DNA of 64,000 bases from Marinobacter mangrovi (GTDB lineage Bacteria; Pseudomonadota; Gammaproteobacteria; Pseudomonadales; Oleiphilaceae). Each line of letters opens with the position of its first letter. Position 1 is the stretch's first letter. Shown piece after piece: positions 17,798 to 27,500 of the stretch. Location of the stretch: positions 455,608-519,607 of the forward strand of contig NZ_JAERVO010000003.1 in the NCBI RefSeq assembly GCF_016798325.1. The letters are read 5' to 3'. Below the pieces are notes generated by a model that worked only from the letters and a program-made list of their open reading frames with translations, searched no databases and was not told the origin of the DNA. The position numbers and the translations under genes are program-made.

Positions 17798-18848
17798 TGT
17801 TTTCGAGAAGCAGAACCAAGCCGCTGTTCATTACGCGGAAACAGCATACCGGCCAGAGTGCATACCAGAGCAACCTTCACAGCGGGAGGATTATAACCAA
17901 TCAGCTTTGGGGCGCGTCGGCACTGCACGTTTGCCATGGGGATACACCGAAACAGTTATCCCTTTGACCATTTTTTCTCAAGCTTCACCGGGTTTACTTC
18001 GTCGACATGAAAAACATGGAGATCCGTTAGAAGGGACTGGTTACCAGGGAAAAATGGATCATGAATGCTTTCGATATGCGCCTTTGGCCAAGCGATTTCA
18101 GATATTAAATTTAACTGAAATCATTTCCAGATTTATTATTATTATTTTTGGTCCTCTAATGATTTTGGGTTTTATTATAGGATCATTTCTTACATCCAAA
18201 AGTGATTACTGGCATAGTCTAATATACGATGACTGGCGCTCAAATGCTTTAATGTTTGGAGTTCCAATTGGAGTTTGGGTTAGTTCTTGGGTTTTAGGTA
18301 AGCTGTGTTTAGGCTGGTTTTTGAAGGCAGGAAAAGGCCCTCTATGGGAGCTGAAACGCCGCACCGGCATGGTCACCGTGTGGTCCTACCCTCCAAAATT
18401 TCCATTTATTCCCCGTGGCAAGCCTGAGGTTTTTAAAGCCCCCTTTGTGGAATTTGACGCCTGGGTCAGTACCCGTGGTGACCGGGCCGGGATTCTGAAC
18501 CGTCTCCATTTGTTCCATCGTTACAGCAAGTGTGAAGCAGGTGTGGGGGCTGTCGGTGGAGCGACCAGTATGCCTGAGCCCTGCTACGCCCTTTGGGACT
18601 TCGTCCAGAACTACATGGACGTGACCCAGCCCTTGCCCGATATCCCGATCTGGGAAGCCTGCCGCCACCTGGACCCGGTCACGGCCGAGCACGACCGGCA
18701 AACCAACCGCCCGGAACGCTATTGGCGCGATATGGACGACGACACGTTCAAGGCCTGCGAGCGCGAGATGCACTATCGAGTCCACGCACTGCGCACCCTG
18801 AGCCGGCCGAACATCATGGCTGAGAAGACGGTTTACGCGAGCTACTAG
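17772..18848 (+). CDS. A1-type candidate immunity protein (orphan copy), start overlapping the effector-tail remnant
   Basis: Same overlap geometry as 6037..7110; 'YAETAYRPECIP', two TM helices, 'FVEFDAWVSTRGDRAGILNRLHLFHRYS', 'YALWDFVQNYMDVTQPLPDIPIWEACRHLDPVTAEHDRQTNRPERYWRDMDDDTFKACE'. Confidence 0.55.
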   Translation: MKRWFNVGSVFEKQNQAAVHYAETAYRPECIPEQPSQREDYNQSALGRVGTARLPWGYTETVIPLTIFSQASPGLLRRHEKHGDPLEGTGYQGKMDHECFRYAPLAKRFQILNLTEIISRFIIIIFGPLMILGFIIGSFLTSKSDYWHSLIYDDWRSNALMFGVPIGVWVSSWVLGKLCLGWFLKAGKGPLWELKRRTGMVTVWSYPPKFPFIPRGKPEVFKAPFVEFDAWVSTRGDRAGILNRLHLFHRYSKCEAGVGAVGGATSMPEPCYALWDFVQNYMDVTQPLPDIPIWEACRHLDPVTAEHDRQTNRPERYWRDMDDDTFKACEREMHYRVHALRTLSRPNIMAEKTVYASY

Positions 18849-18940
18849 CTGGGGAGTCGTCGTTGTATAGTCGGAACGTTCATCAAGGAAATGGAACAAA
18901 CAACCACAGGGATTGAGAGGTGGTTTCCCCATTGCGTAGT

Positions 18941-19747
18941 CTAAGTTCGCTGCCGATCCTCTGCGATTGGGGCATGATCGCTGGCCTCCAGTGGAAGCTC
19001 CATCGGGACGCTCCACGTTCGGGCCAGCCTGTGCCTTCCAACCTGTCCCTCAAGTTCAAGCGACCAGCGAAATTCAAACATGTCGTTGGGAGGGAGGTCG
19101 GCAGGGACGTCAAAGCTGAAGAAGAATGCCTGCTTGCTCTGGTCGTTCTGGAGGCGGGTGCTGTAATCGGCACGCCAGTACTCGACATAATCCGTTCTTG
19201 AGCCAGAGGTGGTGTTGCGTTTGACGCCCTCGTAACAGATGAGCTTGAGTTTGATCGGCTGGTTCTTTGGGAGATCCCTCACGAATGCAATGCGACCAGA
19301 AAGTTTCTTTCCAATGACGGGGGCGGCTTCCAGTCTAAGTCGGGTAGCGCCGAACCGGTGCAAGCCCAGGCTGTTTCTGAGCGATTTCACAAGGAAAATA
19401 GAGCCGATAAAGGTGCCGAACCAAAGGTTGGGGTTTGTATATTCGCCCATCGAGAAGACATAGACGATCCCGGGCAATAACAGCAGTAGCAGCGAAACGA
19501 CGTAGTTGAAATCGGAAGACCTTGTCTGGGAGCTGAGCTCTCCTTCCCCCTGATAGAGGCTGTTGCCGTTCTCGTCTGGATCAAGTCGCTGCTTCAGGAA
19601 CGGTATTGGAATACTCCAAGAGTAAGATACAGAGCGATCAATGCGTCCACCAGGGGCGCCGTGGGAAACCATTCGGTAGCCGCTGGGCGCGTCTGCACCG
19701 TTTGTGTGGTCTGGTGAGTCATCGTTCTGAGCTGATTCTGGCATCAT
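18941..19747 (-). CDS. Hypothetical membrane protein
   Basis: 268-aa ORF with central hydrophobic segment 'VVSLLLLLLPGIVYVF'; no recognisable family. Confidence 0.4.
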   Translation of the reverse strand: MMPESAQNDDSPDHTNGADAPSGYRMVSHGAPGGRIDRSVSYSWSIPIPFLKQRLDPDENGNSLYQGEGELSSQTRSSDFNYVVSLLLLLLPGIVYVFSMGEYTNPNLWFGTFIGSIFLVKSLRNSLGLHRFGATRLRLEAAPVIGKKLSGRIAFVRDLPKNQPIKLKLICYEGVKRNTTSGSRTDYVEYWRADYSTRLQNDQSKQAFFFSFDVPADLPPNDMFEFRWSLELEGQVGRHRLARTWSVPMELPLEASDHAPIAEDRQRT

Positions 19748-19890
19748 TCCTTACCTTCGCTGGCAAGCTTGTATACACGAGCTATGAGGCTGTTTTAACT
19801 GAAAATTGAAGCGATTTCCTGATTTGAAAACCAGAGTGCGAAACGTTATAGCCACTGCAAAGGTCTTTCTTGCACCCAGGTTCGAGACGG

Positions 19891-20382
19891 CTACGACGGT
19901 TTCGTGGTTTCTGCTTCCGCCCCGGAGGGATCTTCGGTTTGAGGCGCTGTATCAGTCAGGGGGATACGATGTAGGATGAGGCCGCCATCGGGGCGCATCT
20001 CGCCGGCGAGGATGGCATCCGTTGCCGTATTCCCGTCTTCATCGCAGAGCACATAGTGCTCTTTGATGTGGTTTTCCACTTTTGATGGGCCGTCGGCACC
20101 GATGTGAGAGCTTATGAAGACAATCAGGAAGCCGACGGAGGTGATCGGGCCTGGATACAGAAGAATGAACTGGGAAAAGGTCGGTCCGGAATAGCTGACC
20201 CGTACCGAATCAGGACCGAGGAGTAGCGTCAGGCCGCCGATGGCGAGAACAATGTAGCCGATGGCCGCGATGACCGCTGAGGCGCTCTTCTGACTTTGAT
20301 ACGTCTTGACGACGTCGACCCGGTCTATTTCGTAGGGGCAGTCTGACGGTGTCAGCTGTTTGGAGGAGTAAGACATACGCAA
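19891..20382 (-). CDS. Hypothetical membrane protein
   Basis: 163 aa, two predicted TM helices; no family recognised. Confidence 0.4.
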   Translation of the reverse strand: MRMSYSSKQLTPSDCPYEIDRVDVVKTYQSQKSASAVIAAIGYIVLAIGGLTLLLGPDSVRVSYSGPTFSQFILLYPGPITSVGFLIVFISSHIGADGPSKVENHIKEHYVLCDEDGNTATDAILAGEMRPDGGLILHRIPLTDTAPQTEDPSGAEAETTKPS

Positions 20383-20542
20383 TCCTTGGCAGAGAAATCT
20401 TGGCGGCCCTTCCTGGGCGCATCTAGAGCGCGACAGTTTAGCGCTTGATGTATCGTCATGGAAGTCAGTTTAATGCCGCATTGACTTATGGCGGGTCGAT
20501 CAATAAATTGCCACCTGATTTCCAGATTGAACAGGGACGTTC

Positions 20543-21268
20543 ATGACACCTTCCAAGAATGAGCATTCAACGCTTGTTTCGACGTCGCGTCGGCAAAAAA
20601 GAGCCAGCCAACTCGCTCTGGTTTTGATGGGGGCGACGCCTTTTGTCATTTTCAATTGGGATCCGCTTTATTCAGAGTTCCGTGTATTACGCAGTGTAGC
20701 TGATTGCAGTGAACAAACGGATCTGAAGCCTGACGTGTGCCAGGCTTTGTGGGCAGAGGCACGAAGCCGGCATAAGGCCGTATCTCCTCAATACAAGAAG
20801 ATGGAAGCATGCGAGTCCGACTTTGGACACTTTGTCGATCGGAAGAGTTGCGACGGGAGTTGGTGCCCTGCAGACAGCTTTTCCGGATGTGAGTGGGACG
20901 GAGAGGGCGTGGCGCACCCAGAAATGGCTGGCCTGCTGGTCGATACCGCGGTTCTGAAGCGTTTGGCTGATGGGGAAACACTGACCCTGGCCCAAGTGAG
21001 TGAGGATGACTTGCAGCCGGTGTACGGGATGTCCGACGAGGCACTGGAGTCGTCGTCGGATTCCGGTAATGGTCATTATTATTCCTCATACGGCTGGCAC
21101 TTCTTTACGGCAGGCGGCGGCTATGTGGGGCGGTCGAATGTTAAGGGGGCCTTGCGCCGGTCCACGTCAATGGTCGCCGGGCGCACAACGCCTCTTTCCG
21201 GGTTGTCGGCGCAGCGGGGCGGCTTTGGGGCAACAGCGCGAACCTACATGGCCAGGGCCACGGGATAA
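20543..21268 (+). CDS. DUF1190-family protein (YgiB/YjfM-like)
   Basis: Cys pattern 'ADCS...CQALW...ACESDFG...C' and C-terminal 'RGGFGATART' as in E. coli YgiB/YjfM. Confidence 0.6.
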   Translation: MTPSKNEHSTLVSTSRRQKRASQLALVLMGATPFVIFNWDPLYSEFRVLRSVADCSEQTDLKPDVCQALWAEARSRHKAVSPQYKKMEACESDFGHFVDRKSCDGSWCPADSFSGCEWDGEGVAHPEMAGLLVDTAVLKRLADGETLTLAQVSEDDLQPVYGMSDEALESSSDSGNGHYYSSYGWHFFTAGGGYVGRSNVKGALRRSTSMVAGRTTPLSGLSAQRGGFGATARTYMARATG

Positions 21269-21600
21269 TGGGGTGTCTCTTTGATCGATTGACCGCGTTG
21301 ATGTCATCCGGCGACATGTTGGTTGAAAGCGGCGGTATGGCGGGTATGTATGCGTTTCGCAAGGCCTTCTCTGAACTTCCGTTGCCCCCTGTCGCTCAAG
21401 GTATTGCCAAGCTTCGCTGGCAGCGCTACGAAGATAAAGAGCGAGCACCGATCACAACGCTTTTGCTGGAACATTTCTCGAACCCCAGTGGCCACCACGC
21501 TATCGTTGCACTGCCCGCTGGGGCGCCGGAACGGCAATATCTCGATGAAACACTCCTGAAGGACGCGTCCATGGAGGTTCGCTTTGTCAGACTCAAATGA
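21268..21600 (+). CDS. Hypothetical protein
   Basis: 110-aa ORF, start overlaps previous stop (TGATG... arrangement); no family recognised. Confidence 0.35.
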   Translation: MGCLFDRLTALMSSGDMLVESGGMAGMYAFRKAFSELPLPPVAQGIAKLRWQRYEDKERAPITTLLLEHFSNPSGHHAIVALPAGAPERQYLDETLLKDASMEVRFVRLK

Positions 21601-22471
21601 AGGAGGCAGCCTCATGGATGGGAAGGCATCCGGTTCGGGGTCGAAGGCGCGGTCGGCACGCCAGGTTCCGCCCGACAATTTGATCATCGTCGATCAGCGT
21701 CCGGTCGAGATAAAGGCGGAAGATCAACGGGCAAACGTCCGGGATATTGCGAAAGAGCAAGCGAAAAAGATGGCGTACTTTGCCCATGCGCCGGAAACTG
21801 GCGAATATTGGTACCTGGGAAAGTGCTTCGCAAGCTACTATTGGATACTGCTGGCCTGTCCCATCATTGCCTCGATGATCATCGCGTTCAATTACCTGTT
21901 GTGGGCCTCCATACTGCCTGTCGGTAACCTGTTGTTGTCCCTCGCCGTCATGGCCGTCATCTGGTTCGGGCTCGTTCTATGGACCCGATGGACAGGTATC
22001 TACGCCCATGTCTATAGGTTTAATGTCAGGGAGCGAACACTCTGGCACCTCAACTCCAGTACGTATTCTGCCTTGCCTAGCCAGGAAGAGGTGGGAGCCA
22101 TGACGGGAACCGAAATCAACGACGACGTGACCGCCAACTCCCTTGATCATCATTCATCGATTGGCACGGCGGTGCTGTCCGTCATGACGGAAGAGGATCT
22201 GGCTGCGAAGGCTTCGCGGTGGAAACCAAGAACGTTAAAGCAGCAGTTTACAGATCTTTTTGGCGACGGCGGCGGTTGGTGGGCTATTGGCTTCCTTCAG
22301 CTTTTTCTTTTGCCGGGCCTGTTCGCAACGGGTCAATTCGTGGGGTATTTGCTCGCCAACCTGTCCCTGCTGGTGGGTTGGGGCCTCTCACGCCTGGTGG
22401 CTTACTGGTTGGAAACCGGGTTGGCGTCGGCGCTTTCCCGGCTTCCGGAAACCGAAGGGGTCACCCGATAA
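21584..22471 (+). CDS. Hypothetical polytopic membrane protein
   Basis: 295 aa with at least 4 hydrophobic helices; no family recognised. Confidence 0.4.
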   Translation: MSDSNEGGSLMDGKASGSGSKARSARQVPPDNLIIVDQRPVEIKAEDQRANVRDIAKEQAKKMAYFAHAPETGEYWYLGKCFASYYWILLACPIIASMIIAFNYLLWASILPVGNLLLSLAVMAVIWFGLVLWTRWTGIYAHVYRFNVRERTLWHLNSSTYSALPSQEEVGAMTGTEINDDVTANSLDHHSSIGTAVLSVMTEEDLAAKASRWKPRTLKQQFTDLFGDGGGWWAIGFLQLFLLPGLFATGQFVGYLLANLSLLVGWGLSRLVAYWLETGLASALSRLPETEGVTR

Positions 22472-23612
22472 TACAGTGTGGCACAAAGCGTGAACTGTCG
22501 CGGGTAATGGCTGTATCGTCCTCGCGGATGCTCATACCAACGGCGTCCCTGCCAACGAGCCAGCTTCCAATCAGCGTAAAATGGCCGGCAAACTGTGTGG
22601 GTGGGTGCCACGCTTGAAAAATGTGCGGTCCCGAATCGTAGGGGCCCTCGACGGAAGTCTCCACGCCCTGGGGTGTTTCCACCTGTATGTTGGCACCTTC
22701 CCGGGAAAAGAAGGGCTTTCTCACCCATCGTGTTGCTTGCTGGCGGGTGCCCATCTCGTCTGTGGTGAACCAGGCGGGCAGGAGATTCGGATGCCCGCGA
22801 TGGCGCTCCCATAACAAGGGAAGGATGCCTTTATTGGAGAGAATCGCTTTCCAGGGCGGCTCTATGAACTGGGTGCCCGCCGTGGCGATCGATGTCGCGA
22901 ATGCCTCTTCCCAGATCCATTCCCAAGGGTACAGCTTGAACAGCTGATCGATCGGTTTGTCCTCCAAGTCAACGAAGCGTCCGGCACCGGACAGGCCGAT
23001 ATCGTCCATATAGAGCTCCACCGGCGAAAGCCCGGCCTGGGTCGCCAAATCGGCCAGGTACGAAATGGTTCCCCGGTCTTCGTCATGTCCGCGTGTGCAG
23101 GCAATGTGCAAGGGCTTTCCCGCGACTCCAAGATAAGCTAACCGCTCAATCAGGGCTTCCTGCAGGCTGTTGAATTGATCCGCTTCAGGTGGCAACTGCC
23201 CCAGGGATTTACACTCTTCCAGCCAGATCCACTGGAAAAAGCCGGTTTCATAAAGCGATGTTGGCGTGTCGGCGTTGTATTCGTAGAGCTTGGCTGGATT
23301 AACGCCGTCATAGGCCAGGTCGATCCGGCCGTAGAGACTGGGTTCGCCATCGCGCCAGCTGGTTCGGATCAGATCCCAGTGGGCTTCCGGCAGGGCAAGC
23401 TTTCTCATGAGCCTATCGCTTTTGACGACCTCATCGACCAGTTCCAGGCACATGCCATGAATCTCGGCGGTTGGGTCTTCGATATCCCGTTCAATCTGCT
23501 GCAGGGTGAAGCGGTAGCAGGCGGATTCGTCCCAATAGGGTTCGCCGTCTATCGTATGGAAATGGAATCCGAGCTCCTTGGCCCGTGAACACCAATTATG
23601 GCGAGGTTGCAT
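22461..23612 (-). CDS. Glutathionylspermidine-synthase-like ATP-grasp protein (YgiC/YjfC family)
   Basis: 'ELGFHFHTIDGEPYWDESACYRFTLQQIE', 'YEYNADTPTSLYE', 'LWERHRGHPNLLPAWF' match the E. coli YgiC family. Start placed at ATG 23612 ('MQPRHNW'); the track ORF extends to 23843. Confidence 0.75.
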   Translation of the reverse strand: MQPRHNWCSRAKELGFHFHTIDGEPYWDESACYRFTLQQIERDIEDPTAEIHGMCLELVDEVVKSDRLMRKLALPEAHWDLIRTSWRDGEPSLYGRIDLAYDGVNPAKLYEYNADTPTSLYETGFFQWIWLEECKSLGQLPPEADQFNSLQEALIERLAYLGVAGKPLHIACTRGHDEDRGTISYLADLATQAGLSPVELYMDDIGLSGAGRFVDLEDKPIDQLFKLYPWEWIWEEAFATSIATAGTQFIEPPWKAILSNKGILPLLWERHRGHPNLLPAWFTTDEMGTRQQATRWVRKPFFSREGANIQVETPQGVETSVEGPYDSGPHIFQAWHPPTQFAGHFTLIGSWLVGRDAVGMSIREDDTAITRDSSRFVPHCIIG

Positions 23613-23997
23613 CCTGTTGCGTTGCACGATGTTCCTTTCCTGGAGGGCTTCAACGAGGTTGTCCGATCCGGTAATGCCGGACGATTGCAAAACTTTACCG
23701 GTTCTGCGGCTGAACTGAAATACGGACGACACGGACTGTATAAAATGGACGCGTCTCGATAGACTATCCGCCTTCAATGGCAGGGTTCCAGGCTTCTTCA
23801 GGGAGAGGATGCATGATGAACGACAGCAGGCGGCTCTGGGCATACGCTCGGAATCACCTATGCCGCTCTGGCTTACCCGTCTTCCGGTTTTTCCATACCC
23901 AGTTGTTCGCCTGTCCTATGATGTTTGAATCCAGATGTTTGGAAATCAATGCTCGTCGGGCTCCGGTGCCCGGCCCGTTCAGTTCAGGTGAGGTGGT

Positions 23998-24438
23998 ATG
24001 TCATTCTTCATCCAGCGACCTATGAGTCTCGCTGTTAATCCGTTTGCCGCGGCATTCCTTGCCATTCTCATTCCAACGGGCCTGTCTGCCCAAGAGCAGG
24101 ACCCCTGCAAGGTCACCAATGGAGGCGCCATGGCCGGCGCTATGTGTGTGAGCAAGAAAATCGAAGTGGCGGACAGGGAGCTCAATCGAACTTACCAGGC
24201 GGCGTTGAAGCGAATAAGGGCCGAAGAGGCGTTCGAGCAGGCACACGTTTCCGGCGTGGAATACGAAGAGCCATTTCGTGCGGCCCAGCGAGCCTGGCTT
24301 AAATTCAAGGACGCCGAATGCGAATTTCGCGGGGGTATAACGACCTCGTCCCCCTGGCAAACCGTGCAGATCGAGCAATGTAAGCTCGAGATGATCCTTG
24401 AGCGAATCGAATACTTCAAAACCGTGTTCGTTGGTTGA
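23998..24438 (+). CDS. DUF1311/LprI-family (lysozyme-inhibitor-like) periplasmic protein
   Basis: Signal peptide; 'LNRTYQAALKRI...AQRAWLKFKDAECEF' as in DUF1311. Confidence 0.55.
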   Translation: MSFFIQRPMSLAVNPFAAAFLAILIPTGLSAQEQDPCKVTNGGAMAGAMCVSKKIEVADRELNRTYQAALKRIRAEEAFEQAHVSGVEYEEPFRAAQRAWLKFKDAECEFRGGITTSSPWQTVQIEQCKLEMILERIEYFKTVFVG

Positions 24439-24572
24439 GCTGATCTGTGGGCGCCGGTTGTTGGGAGGGCACACGGACCGGCGACGGGTGTTCAATGGAA
24501 CAGGAAAGGCCGGTCGCCGTGGGCCAGTCTCTCCCGAGCTAGATGCTCAGCGATTCTGCGCGCTTCTCGCTT

Positions 24573-27500
24573 CTAGAAGGTGACTCCTTTGTCCAGCAGC
24601 CAGCGAACGACTCGCTCATTATTTTGAGACAAGGCGCGATCAAGGTAAGGCGATCGGGAAAATCCGGGCCATTCTTTATGGTTCTCGAGGTAATGGGTGA
24701 TGGCCCGGTTTTCACCCACATAGGCCGACTTGATCAAGTTCCTGTCCACCCATGTATAGTCCAACGAGGCGCCCGCATCCAGAAGTCGTTCTAAAACGCG
24801 GACTCCGGCATAAGTTGCCGCAGTCAGGATGGTATGGGCTTTCATGTGTGCACTGACGCCACTCGGGTCAGCACCGGCATTGAGTAGTACATCCACCATA
24901 TCCTCGTCGTTGTTTTTGACTGCCATGTACAGAGGACTTGAATGATCCTCATCATAAACATCTACCCAGGCGCCTTGTGCCAACAACGCACGTGCCATGG
25001 TGGCGTCGCCACTCATGACAGCCACCATCAGGGGAGTGCGGCCTTTGGCGTTTCTGGGATTAATATCGAGCAGATGTCCCTGGAGTGATTTGAAGCGGTC
25101 TGTATTGCCTGATGACACCGCAATAAACAATGCTCGGTTGCTGACCCGGGCATCATGGTCGAGCAGGAACCGCAGTGCTGGATCGTTATCGGATAGGATC
25201 GCAGCCTCCACCGCGCTCATTTGAGTGTTTTCATCGGTGGCATTGATCTTTTCAGGCGTGGTATCCGTTGGCAGGCTTCCCTCCAGGACCCCAGCAACGA
25301 CGGGGTTGACGATCTTGCCACTCTTCAGGAGCAGCTGCGCCAATGCTTTTCTGACGGCAAACGGCGTCGACGCTGCGTCGTTTTCGAGAGCGAGATCTGC
25401 CGGTGTCTTGCCATCGTTGTTGGTCGTATCCAGGTCTGTGCCTGCATCGAGCAGTAGTTGGATCAGCGTGCCATCCGTGTTGGCTTTGATGGCTCTGTGC
25501 AGGAGGGTGTCTCCCAAAAGCCCACGATCGTTGATGTCCAGGTCGTCGATCACCCCTGCCAGCCAGAGGGCCGGTGCGTCAGCTGCAATGCCCTCGATGT
25601 GCTCCTCCAGGTAGTCATCACGATCCCACCAGCCGATCGAGTCAATCAACCGATCGGCCAGGGCCGTGTCGCCATTGCGTAGGGCCACAGAAACGGGTTC
25701 CACGCCATTGAATAGATCATCGTCTACCTTGACCTCCACATCGGCCTCGAGCAGCGTGCGCATGGCTTTCAGGTTGTTGTACTGATCGGCGATGGATAGG
25801 AGTCCCTGATTCATATAGCCCTTGTTGAGGTCCAGGTTCTGCCCGATCAGGGTCTCTAAACGGGATTGGTCGTGGGTGGCGAGGGCAGCAACGAGCATAC
25901 CCATGACGGGGTCCTGATTCAGGTTTCTCTGGCTAACCGCCTGGCGATGCTCTGAAAGATAGGCTTTCACGCCGTCCAGCCTGTACAGCTCGCTTAGCAG
26001 GCCCGCCCGTATCGGGGGGTGTATGCCCCGCTGAATCAAAGCCAGTGCATTGTTGTCATTGGTGTGAAGCGCAATGTCGAGAGCGGTTTTTCCTGACGCA
26101 TCTTTTGCGTCTGTGTTTGCGCCCATGTCGATCACTTTGTCGAGCAGCTGCGGTGTTCCATAGGCTGCGGCGAGATGAATGATCTGCCGTCCCCGACTGT
26201 CCGCCTTTTTTATGATCGCAGGTACCACGAGTTTAGAGGCGATCTCGGCATCACCCGCACGAAGCGCAATATGAGCCGCCGTCTCGCCATTGTTGTTTGT
26301 CAGGGTCGGATCTGCACCGGCCTTGAGCAGCGCACCAACAACCGGGTCTTTCTGATGCTTGGCAGCGAGCATCAACGCGGTATTGCCAAGCTCATCGGTG
26401 GAATCCAGCGAAACAGGATCACCGATGAATGACTGAACTTGATTGAGGTCGCCTTGGGCGGCTGCCGCTCGAAATCGCATAGCGCCTGACTTGGTCTCAC
26501 TGTCCCTTTTAAGGGACGGTTGCGTTCCGTTGTTATCAGCCGATGTCCCCGATGCCGAGGCAAGAACATCGTGTATAAACTGGAAATCCTCTCTTTCCGA
26601 GATGAGTAGAGGTGAGCGGTCCGCCGAATGGCCGATTCTGGAGGGCGACGCTCCATGCTTTAACAGCAGCCGGACCGTGCGAATATCGGCATGTTCCACC
26701 GCAGTCGACAGGGGGCTCTCATAATCCCGGGGACCGCCTTCCGGGAGGGCTCCGTTCTCAAGTAGGATCCTGGCAACCTCGGAATCCCCCTTTTCGACAG
26801 CCTTGGCAAGCAGGCTGTAACCGCCCGGGGCCAGGGGGGCGCCGGCCTCGATCATTGTTTTCAGAAGATCTGGATTAGAATGAGTGATCGCTAGGGCGGG
26901 AGCCGAGCAGAGGGGGGTGTTCACGTTGGCTCCCAATTCAAGAAGATCCACAGCCAGAGACGTATTACCTGCAAAAAGGGCTGCACACAGTAGCGGATCT
27001 TTCTTTGCTCCGTAGGATTTCGCCAAGTCCAGCGTTGTCTGGTTCCAGGCTGGCATTTCCGCAGCGGCCTTCAGAACAGCGGCATGTCGTGATGCGATTT
27101 CCTTGCCGGGCCAAACCTGCTTGGCCAGTTCAACGTTGCCTTCCTGCGCGGCCTCTTCAAAGGGAGTGGTTCCGTATTCGCCGGTTTCGGAAACGGATAG
27201 ACCCTGCTGGATGGCCCACTCGCCAGCCTCTTGGTTGCCGGCATCCGCGGCGTACTTAAAAAATTTGGATAAGGGAACACCTTGGGCGTGAAGCCAATCC
27301 AATAACTTTAGGTGATGGCTGTTGACGGCCGCACGAGCAACCTCGGACGGATCGAAGTAGCCGCGCTGAATGGCTGCCCTGACGATGTCGGGCTGTCCTG
27401 CATCAAGCAGCCAGACGGCTTTATCGTAGGTTCTGAACTGCCATGACTGTTGCGGGTTGGCGCGAGCCAACAGAAGGGCATTTGCATCGTGTTGACCGTG

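Noticed and set aside
24439-24572. Possible terminator hairpin after the LprI-like gene
   Set aside because: The candidate arms (ccggcgacgg / ccggtcgccg) are not true reverse complements; no convincing stem.
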